Shown here: positions 56,800-64,000 of the stretch, in pieces | How the letters are laid out: each line of letters starts with the position of its first letter | Numbering within the stretch: position 1 is the stretch's first letter | Assembly: GCA_903892035.1 (NCBI GenBank) | Contig: CAITGV010000002.1 | Location: 1,714-65,713 of the forward strand | Reading direction: 5' to 3' | DNA from: an uncultured bacterium | GTDB taxonomy: Bacteria > Patescibacteriota > Minisyncoccia > Phycocordibacterales > UBA9973 | DNA length: 64,000 nucleotides | Notes under the pieces: model-generated | What the model was told of the DNA's origin: nothing | The model's database searches: none | What the model saw: the letters and a program-made list of their open reading frames with translations, nothing else | Program-made: the position numbers and the translations under genes

Positions 56800-58068
56800 C
56801 TATTTAAGGGTATTAATAATACTGATTTTGGTTGAATTATCTGGAAATGACGACTTCCAAAAAGGACGTATAACCACCTCTGCTTTATCGATATTTTTGA
56901 AATTTGCCATTATGTCTTTGAAATCACTTTTTGGTCTTCCAATCAATGAATCATTGATTTTCGAAATATCTACATTCCAAACTAATTTTGATTGGCCATT
57001 TCCATTAAATACAATTGTATTTAAGTTTATCGGATCAATATTACTTTTATCATTCAAAGAAAAATTAATATCTTTCAAACCATTTAGTGTGACAGGTAGG
57101 TCATCATAGTCAGAAACTTCCTGTTTTGCAATTGCTTGTGTAAGGTCATCTGTATTAAATATTATCACATATAAATCTCCTGTTACTTTTTCTGAAATAT
57201 TTTCATTTGAAGAATTTAAAACTGGGTCTGCAATTATTGGTTTAAAAATAGTAAAATCACTAAAATAAATAAAGTTCTTGGGAAGTTGAGTTCCAATTTG
57301 ATTAGATAATTTTTCTTTTAATTTATCACCTAGTGTTGAAAGTGCAGTTGCACCTTGATCTGGCGTAATTGAATATTGTAATCCTGAAAAACCACCAGAT
57401 ATATCCCCTTTTGATCTAGCATAAAACTTTGAAGCTTTTGCAGTACCCGTAAATGCAGGAAGTATAAAATCTGTAGGTTGTGAATTGTATTCTTCTCCGG
57501 GCGTATCAGCATGCACGGCCACAATAACAGAACCCGGAACGATTTCCTTATTAACAATTGTATATCCTGGAAGAGTTACATTTGCTTCTGTGCGGTAAAT
57601 TTTTCCTGAAGTTGACTGAAGGCGTAAATTTTTGGAAAATTTTTGAACACTTGCGCTATATGCATTATAAAGAATTACACTTCCGCGTGCTGCAGCTGAA
57701 ATTTTTGAACTTTTTACCCCCTGCACGTCAGTAGTTTCTTCTCCTGAAAGTTTCATTATCTGAAAAGACAAACTGCCATCATTAGAATTTAAATTGGCAG
57801 TAAATTCTGTATTCTCAAGAGAAATATCTCTTGTTTTTGGTGTAATTGTAACTTCAGCTTTTGCAAAAATTGCTGAAATAGCAAAAAATAAGGCCAAAAC
57901 ACTAGCTACTGCAAAAACCCAGAGCAGAGGTTTTGGCTTTACTTTATCGTTTACGGGTAAATTATCATCTTCGTTATTATTTTTCTCAAGATCTAAGGTG
58001 AAACTACTCCTTGGAATTTTTTTATCTGTTGAAATATGAATGATGTCAGAAAAATTTTTTTTAGGCAT
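56800..58068 (-). CDS. hypothetical bitopic membrane protein with large extracytoplasmic domain
   Basis: Single hydrophobic helix LLWVFAVASVLALFFAISAIFA after a charged N-terminus. 422 aa. Start overlaps the upstream gene by 8 bp. Confidence 0.45.
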   Translation of the reverse strand: MPKKNFSDIIHISTDKKIPRSSFTLDLEKNNNEDDNLPVNDKVKPKPLLWVFAVASVLALFFAISAIFAKAEVTITPKTRDISLENTEFTANLNSNDGSLSFQIMKLSGEETTDVQGVKSSKISAAARGSVILYNAYSASVQKFSKNLRLQSTSGKIYRTEANVTLPGYTIVNKEIVPGSVIVAVHADTPGEEYNSQPTDFILPAFTGTAKASKFYARSKGDISGGFSGLQYSITPDQGATALSTLGDKLKEKLSNQIGTQLPKNFIYFSDFTIFKPIIADPVLNSSNENISEKVTGDLYVIIFNTDDLTQAIAKQEVSDYDDLPVTLNGLKDINFSLNDKSNIDPINLNTIVFNGNGQSKLVWNVDISKINDSLIGRPKSDFKDIMANFKNIDKAEVVIRPFWKSSFPDNSTKISIINTLK

Positions 58069-59257
58069 GGTTTATGTTGTGCATTCTACTAATAAATATT
58101 GACTCAAGAAGCATGAAAGGATCATTGGCATTTTCACAACCTGGAGTACAAAATGAGAGTAAGGTACTTTTATCGGCTGTAACTACTAAAAATTTCTTTT
58201 TTGTTAAAACGTATTGATTGAATTCTTCTTTTGTAATTGTATCTTGAAACCAGCGGACAAGATTCTCCCCTGCTGTAAGAAAAATAGCATCTGGAAGAGT
58301 AAGATTATTTGAAAGGGTAAAAAGAGAATTTTGAAAATGTTTCAACCATTCATTTTTTGCAGGCAACAAAAATTTATCTATTCTTTCTTTCATCCCTGTC
58401 TCAATATTTCCATCTTGATACAATTGCATAAGCGAAACAACTTCATCATTACTCATCTTGAGTCCTGCAACTAACCTTCGTAAAATAAAATTCTTTCCTG
58501 ATGGAAATGAAGTTGAACCCTCCAAAAGGTCATTACGCACAAATGCGATATCGGTAACTTCACTACCAACATCTATAATAAGAAAATCCTTTGTTTCTTT
58601 ATATATGTCTCGAAACACAATAAATGACATAAATACAAAAGAAGAAAAAAATACACTTTTTGCATTTAATGTCTTTTTTATAGTATTTCTTATCCTCTCA
58701 ATCAAAAAAGTTGGACTAACACTTAAAAAAATTGCCAATTCTGCTTTTTTTGCTTTTTTTTCATATGGATCAACATATGAATAGCCATTTAATTTTATTT
58801 GAATAATTTGCTTGTCAATGACCTGTGCACCTCCATCTTTTTCACCTGTATCCAAATTTCTCTCAGTTGCAAATCGTTCAATTTCTTTTTTAACTAAATC
58901 CTCTTCAAATTTTTTTGTATATACAAATGGCACATTTTTTTCAATTTGAATAACTCGAGTTTGAGATACATACCACGGTGAAGCCAATACACAATGAATA
59001 GCATCGGGTGGTGGCAATTTTGCTTTTTCAAAATTTCTAAGCGAAGTCTCCAAGGATTTGACCATCTCTTCCACAAATTCTGAAAAGGAAAGGTTTTCTT
59101 TAAAAGAAAAAGGTGTGCGAGATGAATAAATTACATTTGGTTTGATGTATTTATCGGACTGTTTTAAATTTGTCACAAGCGATGTACCGATACTTCCAGT
59201 ACCAATATGAAAAAGTAAAACAGATTTTTCTTTTTTTGACGACGAAAAAATTCCCAT
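58061..59257 (-). CDS. actin-fold ATPase-like protein (PilM/FtsA-like)
   Basis: Two phosphate-loop-like motifs LLFHIGTGSIG and LIIDVGSEVTDIAFV characteristic of the actin/Hsp70/PilM fold. Translationally coupled to a bitopic partner, an arrangement like pilM-pilN. Weak call. Confidence 0.35.
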   Translation of the reverse strand: MGIFSSSKKEKSVLLFHIGTGSIGTSLVTNLKQSDKYIKPNVIYSSRTPFSFKENLSFSEFVEEMVKSLETSLRNFEKAKLPPPDAIHCVLASPWYVSQTRVIQIEKNVPFVYTKKFEEDLVKKEIERFATERNLDTGEKDGGAQVIDKQIIQIKLNGYSYVDPYEKKAKKAELAIFLSVSPTFLIERIRNTIKKTLNAKSVFFSSFVFMSFIVFRDIYKETKDFLIIDVGSEVTDIAFVRNDLLEGSTSFPSGKNFILRRLVAGLKMSNDEVVSLMQLYQDGNIETGMKERIDKFLLPAKNEWLKHFQNSLFTLSNNLTLPDAIFLTAGENLVRWFQDTITKEEFNQYVLTKKKFLVVTADKSTLLSFCTPGCENANDPFMLLESIFISRMHNINHA

Positions 59258-59280
59258 TTGTTTATTATACTATAAATTTT

Positions 59281-61005
59281 TTATTTACAATATAATAACC
59301 ATAAAACTTCTTTTTGGTAACAACTTTCACAATAAATAATCTCTGGTCTGTCTGGCGAATAGGATGTCTCGAATTCATTCATACAACCATCATTCATACA
59401 TTGTCTATGCCAAAGTTTAATAGGATTGATTTTTTCAAGACGTTCAAAATGTCTACAATTTGAACATTTATTTGGAATTGGCAGATTAAATCTTTTATAA
59501 AATTGAAATTCTTGTGGAATAATTTTAAAAGCTGTGGCACATTGGTGATGACAACTTCCTTCGTCTTTACATCCAATCACCTCATTCATAATTTTTTCCT
59601 CAACATCATATATTTCTGGAATAGTGTCTGGCTGAAGCGTAATATTATATGATTTACTATCTTCAACTCTCCATGAATAATGTTTATTTTCAGCATCATT
59701 CTTATTCAGTGGGAAATATTCTTGTGCGACTGTTTCATTATATGCAAATGGAATAATAATATTTGGAAAAAATTCTCCATATTTATATTCTCTATTATTT
59801 TCAACATACCTAATAGTATTCATTTGTTCTATTATTTTGGGAACTAAAATAATATATTCCTCTTTTGTGTATTGTTTATTAAAAATACAATATGACTTTT
59901 TTCTTAAACTAATACACCCAAATAGGTACTCAGAATTATAACAATCGTCTGAATAATAAACATCATGACTAAAATATACGCGATTACAAAATGCCACACG
60001 ATTATCACCGAAACCACTGTGTATTTCATAACTTTCACTAGTTCCTACACCAACGTGGTCAACATCATATGTATCTTTTGCACCAGTTGGAACAAAAAAT
60101 GAATAACGGCAATTTTCATCATCTGTTGCAGAAAAACAATGTTTACAATCCTTTGTATGTTCTAAATCATCTCCAGTTGAATTATCTATATTTTTAACCC
60201 AAGCATATTTTCGAGGAAATTGTAGAGAATGTGTAATAAAATTGTTCTCTACACTTTCTATCCCCTGCAAAGTATCAAGTTTCATTGAATCTTTTATTTT
60301 TAAATATTCTTCTTTTGAATACTGAACATTATAAATGCAGTGAGATTTATTTCGTAAATTTGTACAACCAATACAATCAAAGCAATTTTTACATCCATAC
60401 AAAAACCAACTATCTACACAATCTTCAGAATAACTACTAAAGAATAGTCGACTAGATCTTTTTATATGCATTGATGCATAACAGTATTCACATTTGTTTG
60501 AAAAATCAACATCCACACAATCTTTCATATCAAAATTTTGAGCAGAGTAAGCACAATCCTCGTAATTTCTACCACCAAAACATAGATATGAATTATTTAC
60601 ATAAACCAATTGATTTGTGTATTCACTATTCACAGCAAAGTCTTGATACAAATTTCTTCTTGGAACTTTCTCCATTAATTCTTTAAACTGAGCGAAGAAA
60701 TTTTTTTCAAAATCATAATCAACTCCATATTTCATAGCATCCCAATTGTCAGATGAATAGCACTCATTGCAATAAACAACAAGTGGCTTGTCGGCACTAT
60801 ACATGGAAATCATTTTTTTATCACAAAGAACACATGCAGTTTTATACAATGATCTTTCGTTTCGAAATCTCATTCTCCTAACCATTCGACATTCCGGACA
60901 CCATGTCGGAGCAGGTACTTCAATTTTTTTGTAAAAATCAAAGTCATCGGATTCGATTGTGAAATCTATTTTACAGTTTTGACAATTTTTTATTTCTGAA
61001 TTCAT
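59281..61005 (-). CDS. Cys-rich repeat protein with terminal zinc-ribbon-like CxxC pairs (hypothetical)
   Basis: 574 aa with about 36 Cys. N-terminal CQNC ... CPEC and CVLC ... CNEC. Internal repeated module (W/E)(F/Y)L(Y/F)GC ... LR(N/K)KS(H/Y)CI(Y/F)N(V/K)QY(S/T)KEEY. C-terminal CSNC and CESC. Confidence 0.55.
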   Translation of the reverse strand: MNSEIKNCQNCKIDFTIESDDFDFYKKIEVPAPTWCPECRMVRRMRFRNERSLYKTACVLCDKKMISMYSADKPLVVYCNECYSSDNWDAMKYGVDYDFEKNFFAQFKELMEKVPRRNLYQDFAVNSEYTNQLVYVNNSYLCFGGRNYEDCAYSAQNFDMKDCVDVDFSNKCEYCYASMHIKRSSRLFFSSYSEDCVDSWFLYGCKNCFDCIGCTNLRNKSHCIYNVQYSKEEYLKIKDSMKLDTLQGIESVENNFITHSLQFPRKYAWVKNIDNSTGDDLEHTKDCKHCFSATDDENCRYSFFVPTGAKDTYDVDHVGVGTSESYEIHSGFGDNRVAFCNRVYFSHDVYYSDDCYNSEYLFGCISLRKKSYCIFNKQYTKEEYIILVPKIIEQMNTIRYVENNREYKYGEFFPNIIIPFAYNETVAQEYFPLNKNDAENKHYSWRVEDSKSYNITLQPDTIPEIYDVEEKIMNEVIGCKDEGSCHHQCATAFKIIPQEFQFYKRFNLPIPNKCSNCRHFERLEKINPIKLWHRQCMNDGCMNEFETSYSPDRPEIIYCESCYQKEVLWLLYCK

Positions 61006-61013
61006 TAATTTTT

Positions 61014-61051
61014 GATATACCCGTTTTACGCTATCGCGATTTTGGGTATAT
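61014..61051. promoter_or_regulatory. Inverted repeat GATATACCC-N20-GGGTATATT between the Cys-rich gene start and alaS end
   Basis: Read directly. Confidence 0.25.
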
Positions 61052-61053
61052 TA

Positions 61054-62862
61054 CTAATTTATTATTGCCTTAATTCTTCTTACACCTTGAGATGAAGCTT
61101 CTTCTTTTTGGATTTTAAAGTGTCCGATTTCAGATGTATTTGTTATATGCGGACCTCCACAGAATTCGATGCTGACCCATGAGTTTCCCCTCTCATTTAC
61201 AAGGAGAGGGCTAGGGAGAGGTTCTTCTTGATTACCACTTCCGATAAAATACACACTCACAATTTCAGGGTATTTCGCGCCGAATTCCATTTCTGCACCA
61301 AGTTTTTCGGCTTCTACAAATGGCATTTCACGTCGGACAACATTTAATCCTTTAGCAATATTTACATTTACAATATCTTCCACTTTTTTCTTTTCTTCGT
61401 CTGTCATTTTTCGATCAAAAGAAAAATCCATACGAAGGCGCTCTTCGGTGATATTACTTCCACGTTGTTTTACACTTTTTCCAAGCACTTCTTGAAGTGC
61501 AGAGAGCAGTAAATGATGCGCTGTATGAAGACGTATCGTTTGTGGATTGTGATTCGCAAGTCCGCCCTTAAACATACCTGCTGAAGCAGTCTGAGAAAGT
61601 TTTTGATGTTCTGCCATTTTCTTTTCATAATCTTCCAAATCAACTGTCGTTCCTCTTTCTTTTGCCAACTCTTGTGTAAGTTCAATTGGAAAACCATATG
61701 TCGTCGCAAGCACAAATGGATCAATCTCCTTTTTAAATTCTTTCATTCCGTCTTCAACAGTATTTCTAAATTTATGAATTTCCGAAATAATTATCTCTAT
61801 ATTTTTTTGAGAATTTACTTGTGGATAAATAACTTTATATTTTTCAATAAATAACTTCAGTATTTCTTCTGTTAATGTTGCAGAAAATTGAAGTTTTAGA
61901 CTTCTAACAATTGCGCGACGAATCAATCTTCGTAATATATAGCCTCGATCCTTATTTGAAGGCATTACTCCATCAGAAACCAATAGAAGTGCAGTCCTAA
62001 GATGGTCAGTTATCACACGAGCGTAATTTTCATTATAATTCTTGGACTGCAATTTTATTTTTTCAATAACATCTGCAAGCATATCAGTATCATATGCCGT
62101 TTTTTTACCCTGCATTACTGCTGTGATGCGTTCGAGACCTGCACCTGTATCGACATTTTTTTGTGAAAGTTTACCAATTACTTTTCCGTCTTTTTTTTCA
62201 TATTCCATAAAGACATCATTCCAAATTTCAATGACATCTTCTTTTTTTACTGCATTCAAGAATTCTTCATGAGTAAGTTCGCCAATGTCGCCACTCATAT
62301 CATAAAACATTTCACTACATGGTCCACATGGACCATTGTCTCCAGGACTCCACCAATTGTCTTCGGCAGGCAATGCATAAATACGATTTTCTGGAATACC
62401 AGCTTTCATCCAAATATCTTTCGACTCTTGGTCAAAAGGGGCATTTTCATCACCTTGAAAAATTGTTATATATAAACGCTTTGAGTCAAGGCCTAAACCT
62501 TCGTCTTTTGAGGTAAGAAATTCATAACTCCAATTAATAGCTTCATTTTTAAAATAATCACCTAAAGACCAGTTGCCCATCATTTCAAAAAAAGAAAAAT
62601 GCCTATTGTCACCAATGTCATCTAGGTCACCAGTACGAACGCATTTCTGCACATCCACAAGTCGTTTTCCCATTGGATGATGCTCACCCAATAAATACGG
62701 AACGAGTGGTTGCATTCCAGCAGTATTAAAAAGCACAGAAGGATCATTTTCTGGAACAAGTGACGCAGATGGAATCACGGCATGACCGCGCTTTTTAAAA
62801 AATTCTATAAATCTGGTGCGTATTTCTTGTGATTGCATATTAGTTTTCTCCATCTTTTTCAT
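61054..62862 (-). CDS. alaS: alanine--tRNA ligase, C-terminally truncated form (catalytic, tRNA-recognition and editing regions only)
   Basis: N-terminus IRTRFIEFFKKRGHAVIPSASLVPENDPSVLFNTAGMQP. Editing HTAHHLL motif and terminal CGGPH. Only 602 aa versus about 870 typical. Confidence 0.9.
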   Translation of the reverse strand: MKKMEKTNMQSQEIRTRFIEFFKKRGHAVIPSASLVPENDPSVLFNTAGMQPLVPYLLGEHHPMGKRLVDVQKCVRTGDLDDIGDNRHFSFFEMMGNWSLGDYFKNEAINWSYEFLTSKDEGLGLDSKRLYITIFQGDENAPFDQESKDIWMKAGIPENRIYALPAEDNWWSPGDNGPCGPCSEMFYDMSGDIGELTHEEFLNAVKKEDVIEIWNDVFMEYEKKDGKVIGKLSQKNVDTGAGLERITAVMQGKKTAYDTDMLADVIEKIKLQSKNYNENYARVITDHLRTALLLVSDGVMPSNKDRGYILRRLIRRAIVRSLKLQFSATLTEEILKLFIEKYKVIYPQVNSQKNIEIIISEIHKFRNTVEDGMKEFKKEIDPFVLATTYGFPIELTQELAKERGTTVDLEDYEKKMAEHQKLSQTASAGMFKGGLANHNPQTIRLHTAHHLLLSALQEVLGKSVKQRGSNITEERLRMDFSFDRKMTDEEKKKVEDIVNVNIAKGLNVVRREMPFVEAEKLGAEMEFGAKYPEIVSVYFIGSGNQEEPLPSPLLVNERGNSWVSIEFCGGPHITNTSEIGHFKIQKEEASSQGVRRIKAIIN

Positions 62863-63328
62863 CTTCCTCGTTTAAGTATCCAGGAATTTTTTTAACTTGT
62901 TGTTCAATAAACCACATTACTATAAAAATAAATAAGGTTAAAACTGTAGCCATAAATGCCAAAGCATACTCACCAAAGCCAGCAGCCATACCAATACCCG
63001 CTGAAACCCAAAGACTACTAGCTGTGGTCAAACCTTTAACTTTTGAATTCTTAAATACAATAAGTCCTGCACCTAAAAATCCAACACCAGCAATAATCTG
63101 AGAAGGCATATGAAGTGGATCAATAGAACCAACTCCAGCATAAACCGTAGTCATAAGTTTAGAAATAATGACAAATAAGGCTGAACCCATCGAAACAAGT
63201 GCATATGTTCGCATTCCAGCTGTCTTGTGAGCATATATTCTCTCCGTTCCAATAATCATCCCTAGAAACATAGCCACAAAAAGACTTGTTAAAATTTCAA
63301 TATTTTCAGGTCCAAGTAATGTACTCAT
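62840..63328 (-). CDS. MgtC/SapB-family membrane protein
   Basis: GMIIGTERIYAHKTAGMRTYALVSMGSALF matches the MgtC N-terminal signature. 162 aa. Overlaps the alaS start by 23 bp. Confidence 0.7.
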   Translation of the reverse strand: MSTLLGPENIEILTSLFVAMFLGMIIGTERIYAHKTAGMRTYALVSMGSALFVIISKLMTTVYAGVGSIDPLHMPSQIIAGVGFLGAGLIVFKNSKVKGLTTASSLWVSAGIGMAAGFGEYALAFMATVLTLFIFIVMWFIEQQVKKIPGYLNEEDEKDGEN

Positions 63329-63356
63329 TTTTTAATAATTAATTTATATGCGAAAA

Positions 63357-64000
63357 TTATATCACAATTCCCCCACCTAGGCACACTATATTTTCATATA
63401 AAACCACGGATTGCCCCGGGGAAACTAGAACATTATTTTTAAAAAATATTTTAATATTTTCTTTACTAACTTCAAGTATTTCACATTTTTCAAATTCACC
63501 ATGGTATCGAATCTGTGCAGTATATTTTTTTCCTAATACGGGTGGTTCATTTACAAATGATAAGTTTGAAATCGTAATACCCGCTTTATTGGCGGGCACA
63601 AGATTTTGAGATTTGAGTCCAACAGTTATTGTATTTTTCTTCATATCTTTACTAATTACATAATATGGTTTTGAATTACTATTTTTTGCTGTGATAGTAA
63701 AACCATGACGTTCACCAAGAGCAAAAACATATGCTCCATCGTGATTTCCAATAACTTCACCATTTTCATTCAATACATTACCTTTTTTATTTTTAATATA
63801 ATGCGATAAAAAATCTTTTACATCCAAATCTCCAAGCATACAAATACCCTGACTATCTTTTTTATTTGCTGTTGGTAATTTGAATTTCTTTGCCAAAACT
63901 CTAATTTGGCTTTTTTTGTATTTTCCAATAGGGAATAAAACATGAGACAAATCTTTATTATTTAATCTATATAAAAAATAACTTTGATCTTTGGTCTCAT
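63357..64000 (-). CDS. mnmA: tRNA-specific 2-thiouridylase MnmA, C-terminal portion (N-terminus beyond window end)
   Basis: KDSQGICMLGD ... central and C-terminal MnmA beta-barrel regions. The reading frame stays open to the window edge and the PP-loop N-terminus is missing. Confidence 0.75.
   Translation of the reverse strand, partial: ETKDQSYFLYRLNNKDLSHVLFPIGKYKKSQIRVLAKKFKLPTANKKDSQGICMLGDLDVKDFLSHYIKNKKGNVLNENGEVIGNHDGAYVFALGERHGFTITAKNSNSKPYYVISKDMKKNTITVGLKSQNLVPANKAGITISNLSFVNEPPVLGKKYTAQIRYHGEFEKCEILEVSKENIKIFFKNNVLVSPGQSVVLYENIVCLGGGIVI

Overview
AT-rich bacterial chromosomal segment, almost entirely minus-strand coding. The standard code appears to be in use: every gene end I checked is TAA or TAG, and the 4310-codon frame is unbroken.

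Housekeeping genes, in order:
- An F0F1 ATP synthase operon: an atpZ-like gene, atpB, atpE, atpF, atpH, atpA, atpG, then the 5' end of atpD. An antisense secreted-protein gene sits between atpG and atpD.
- A tRNA-Ile(GAU), an RRM RNA-binding protein, prfA, rpmE, a coiled-coil lytic transglycosylase, rplY and an FAD-linked oxidase.
- A sugar-metabolism cluster: an aldolase-like/PfkB kinase pair, tal, split transketolase, rpe, rpiB and gap.
- gatB, obg, a MYG1-like hydrolase, yqeY, a DnaQ-like exonuclease and dnaK.
- grpE and a ribosomal/RNA polymerase block: rpsI, rplM, rplQ, rpoA, rpsD, rpsK, rpsM, rpmJ and infA. rpmJ is not in the ORF track.
- A PilM-like/bitopic membrane pair, a 574-aa Cys-rich repeat protein, a C-terminally truncated alaS, an MgtC-like gene and a partial mnmA.

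Most striking is a roughly 23-kb block (28.7-51.9 kb) wedged between grpE and dnaK. It encodes three paralogous secreted mega-proteins of 652, 4310 and 2288 aa:
- Their N-terminal regions are built from GLUG-type repeat modules, a discoidin-like domain, a PA14 domain, a 7-blade beta-propeller and DUF285-type repeats.
- All three end in the same FN3-like domain followed by a PG_binding_1-like anchor.
- A PaaX-like regulator and a small secreted protein flank the block.

Second is a REP-associated tyrosine transposase (RAYT) locus at 19.3-20.0 kb. Its 23-bp palindromic REP unit recurs:
- once upstream of the RAYT gene;
- twice in frame inside the RAYT gene;
- as a perfect 42-bp palindromic dimer inserted in frame inside atpG.

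Other oddities:
- A C8A12 homopolymer tract sits upstream of the 2288-aa gene.
- An orphan plus-strand terminator lies just upstream of that tract.
- An 84-bp GC-rich in-frame insertion with direct-repeat flanks sits in the PaaX-like gene.
- The tRNA-Ile has an extended acceptor helix and a partial 5'-half duplicate upstream.
- Several inverted-repeat regulatory candidates are present.

No CRISPR array or rRNA was seen.
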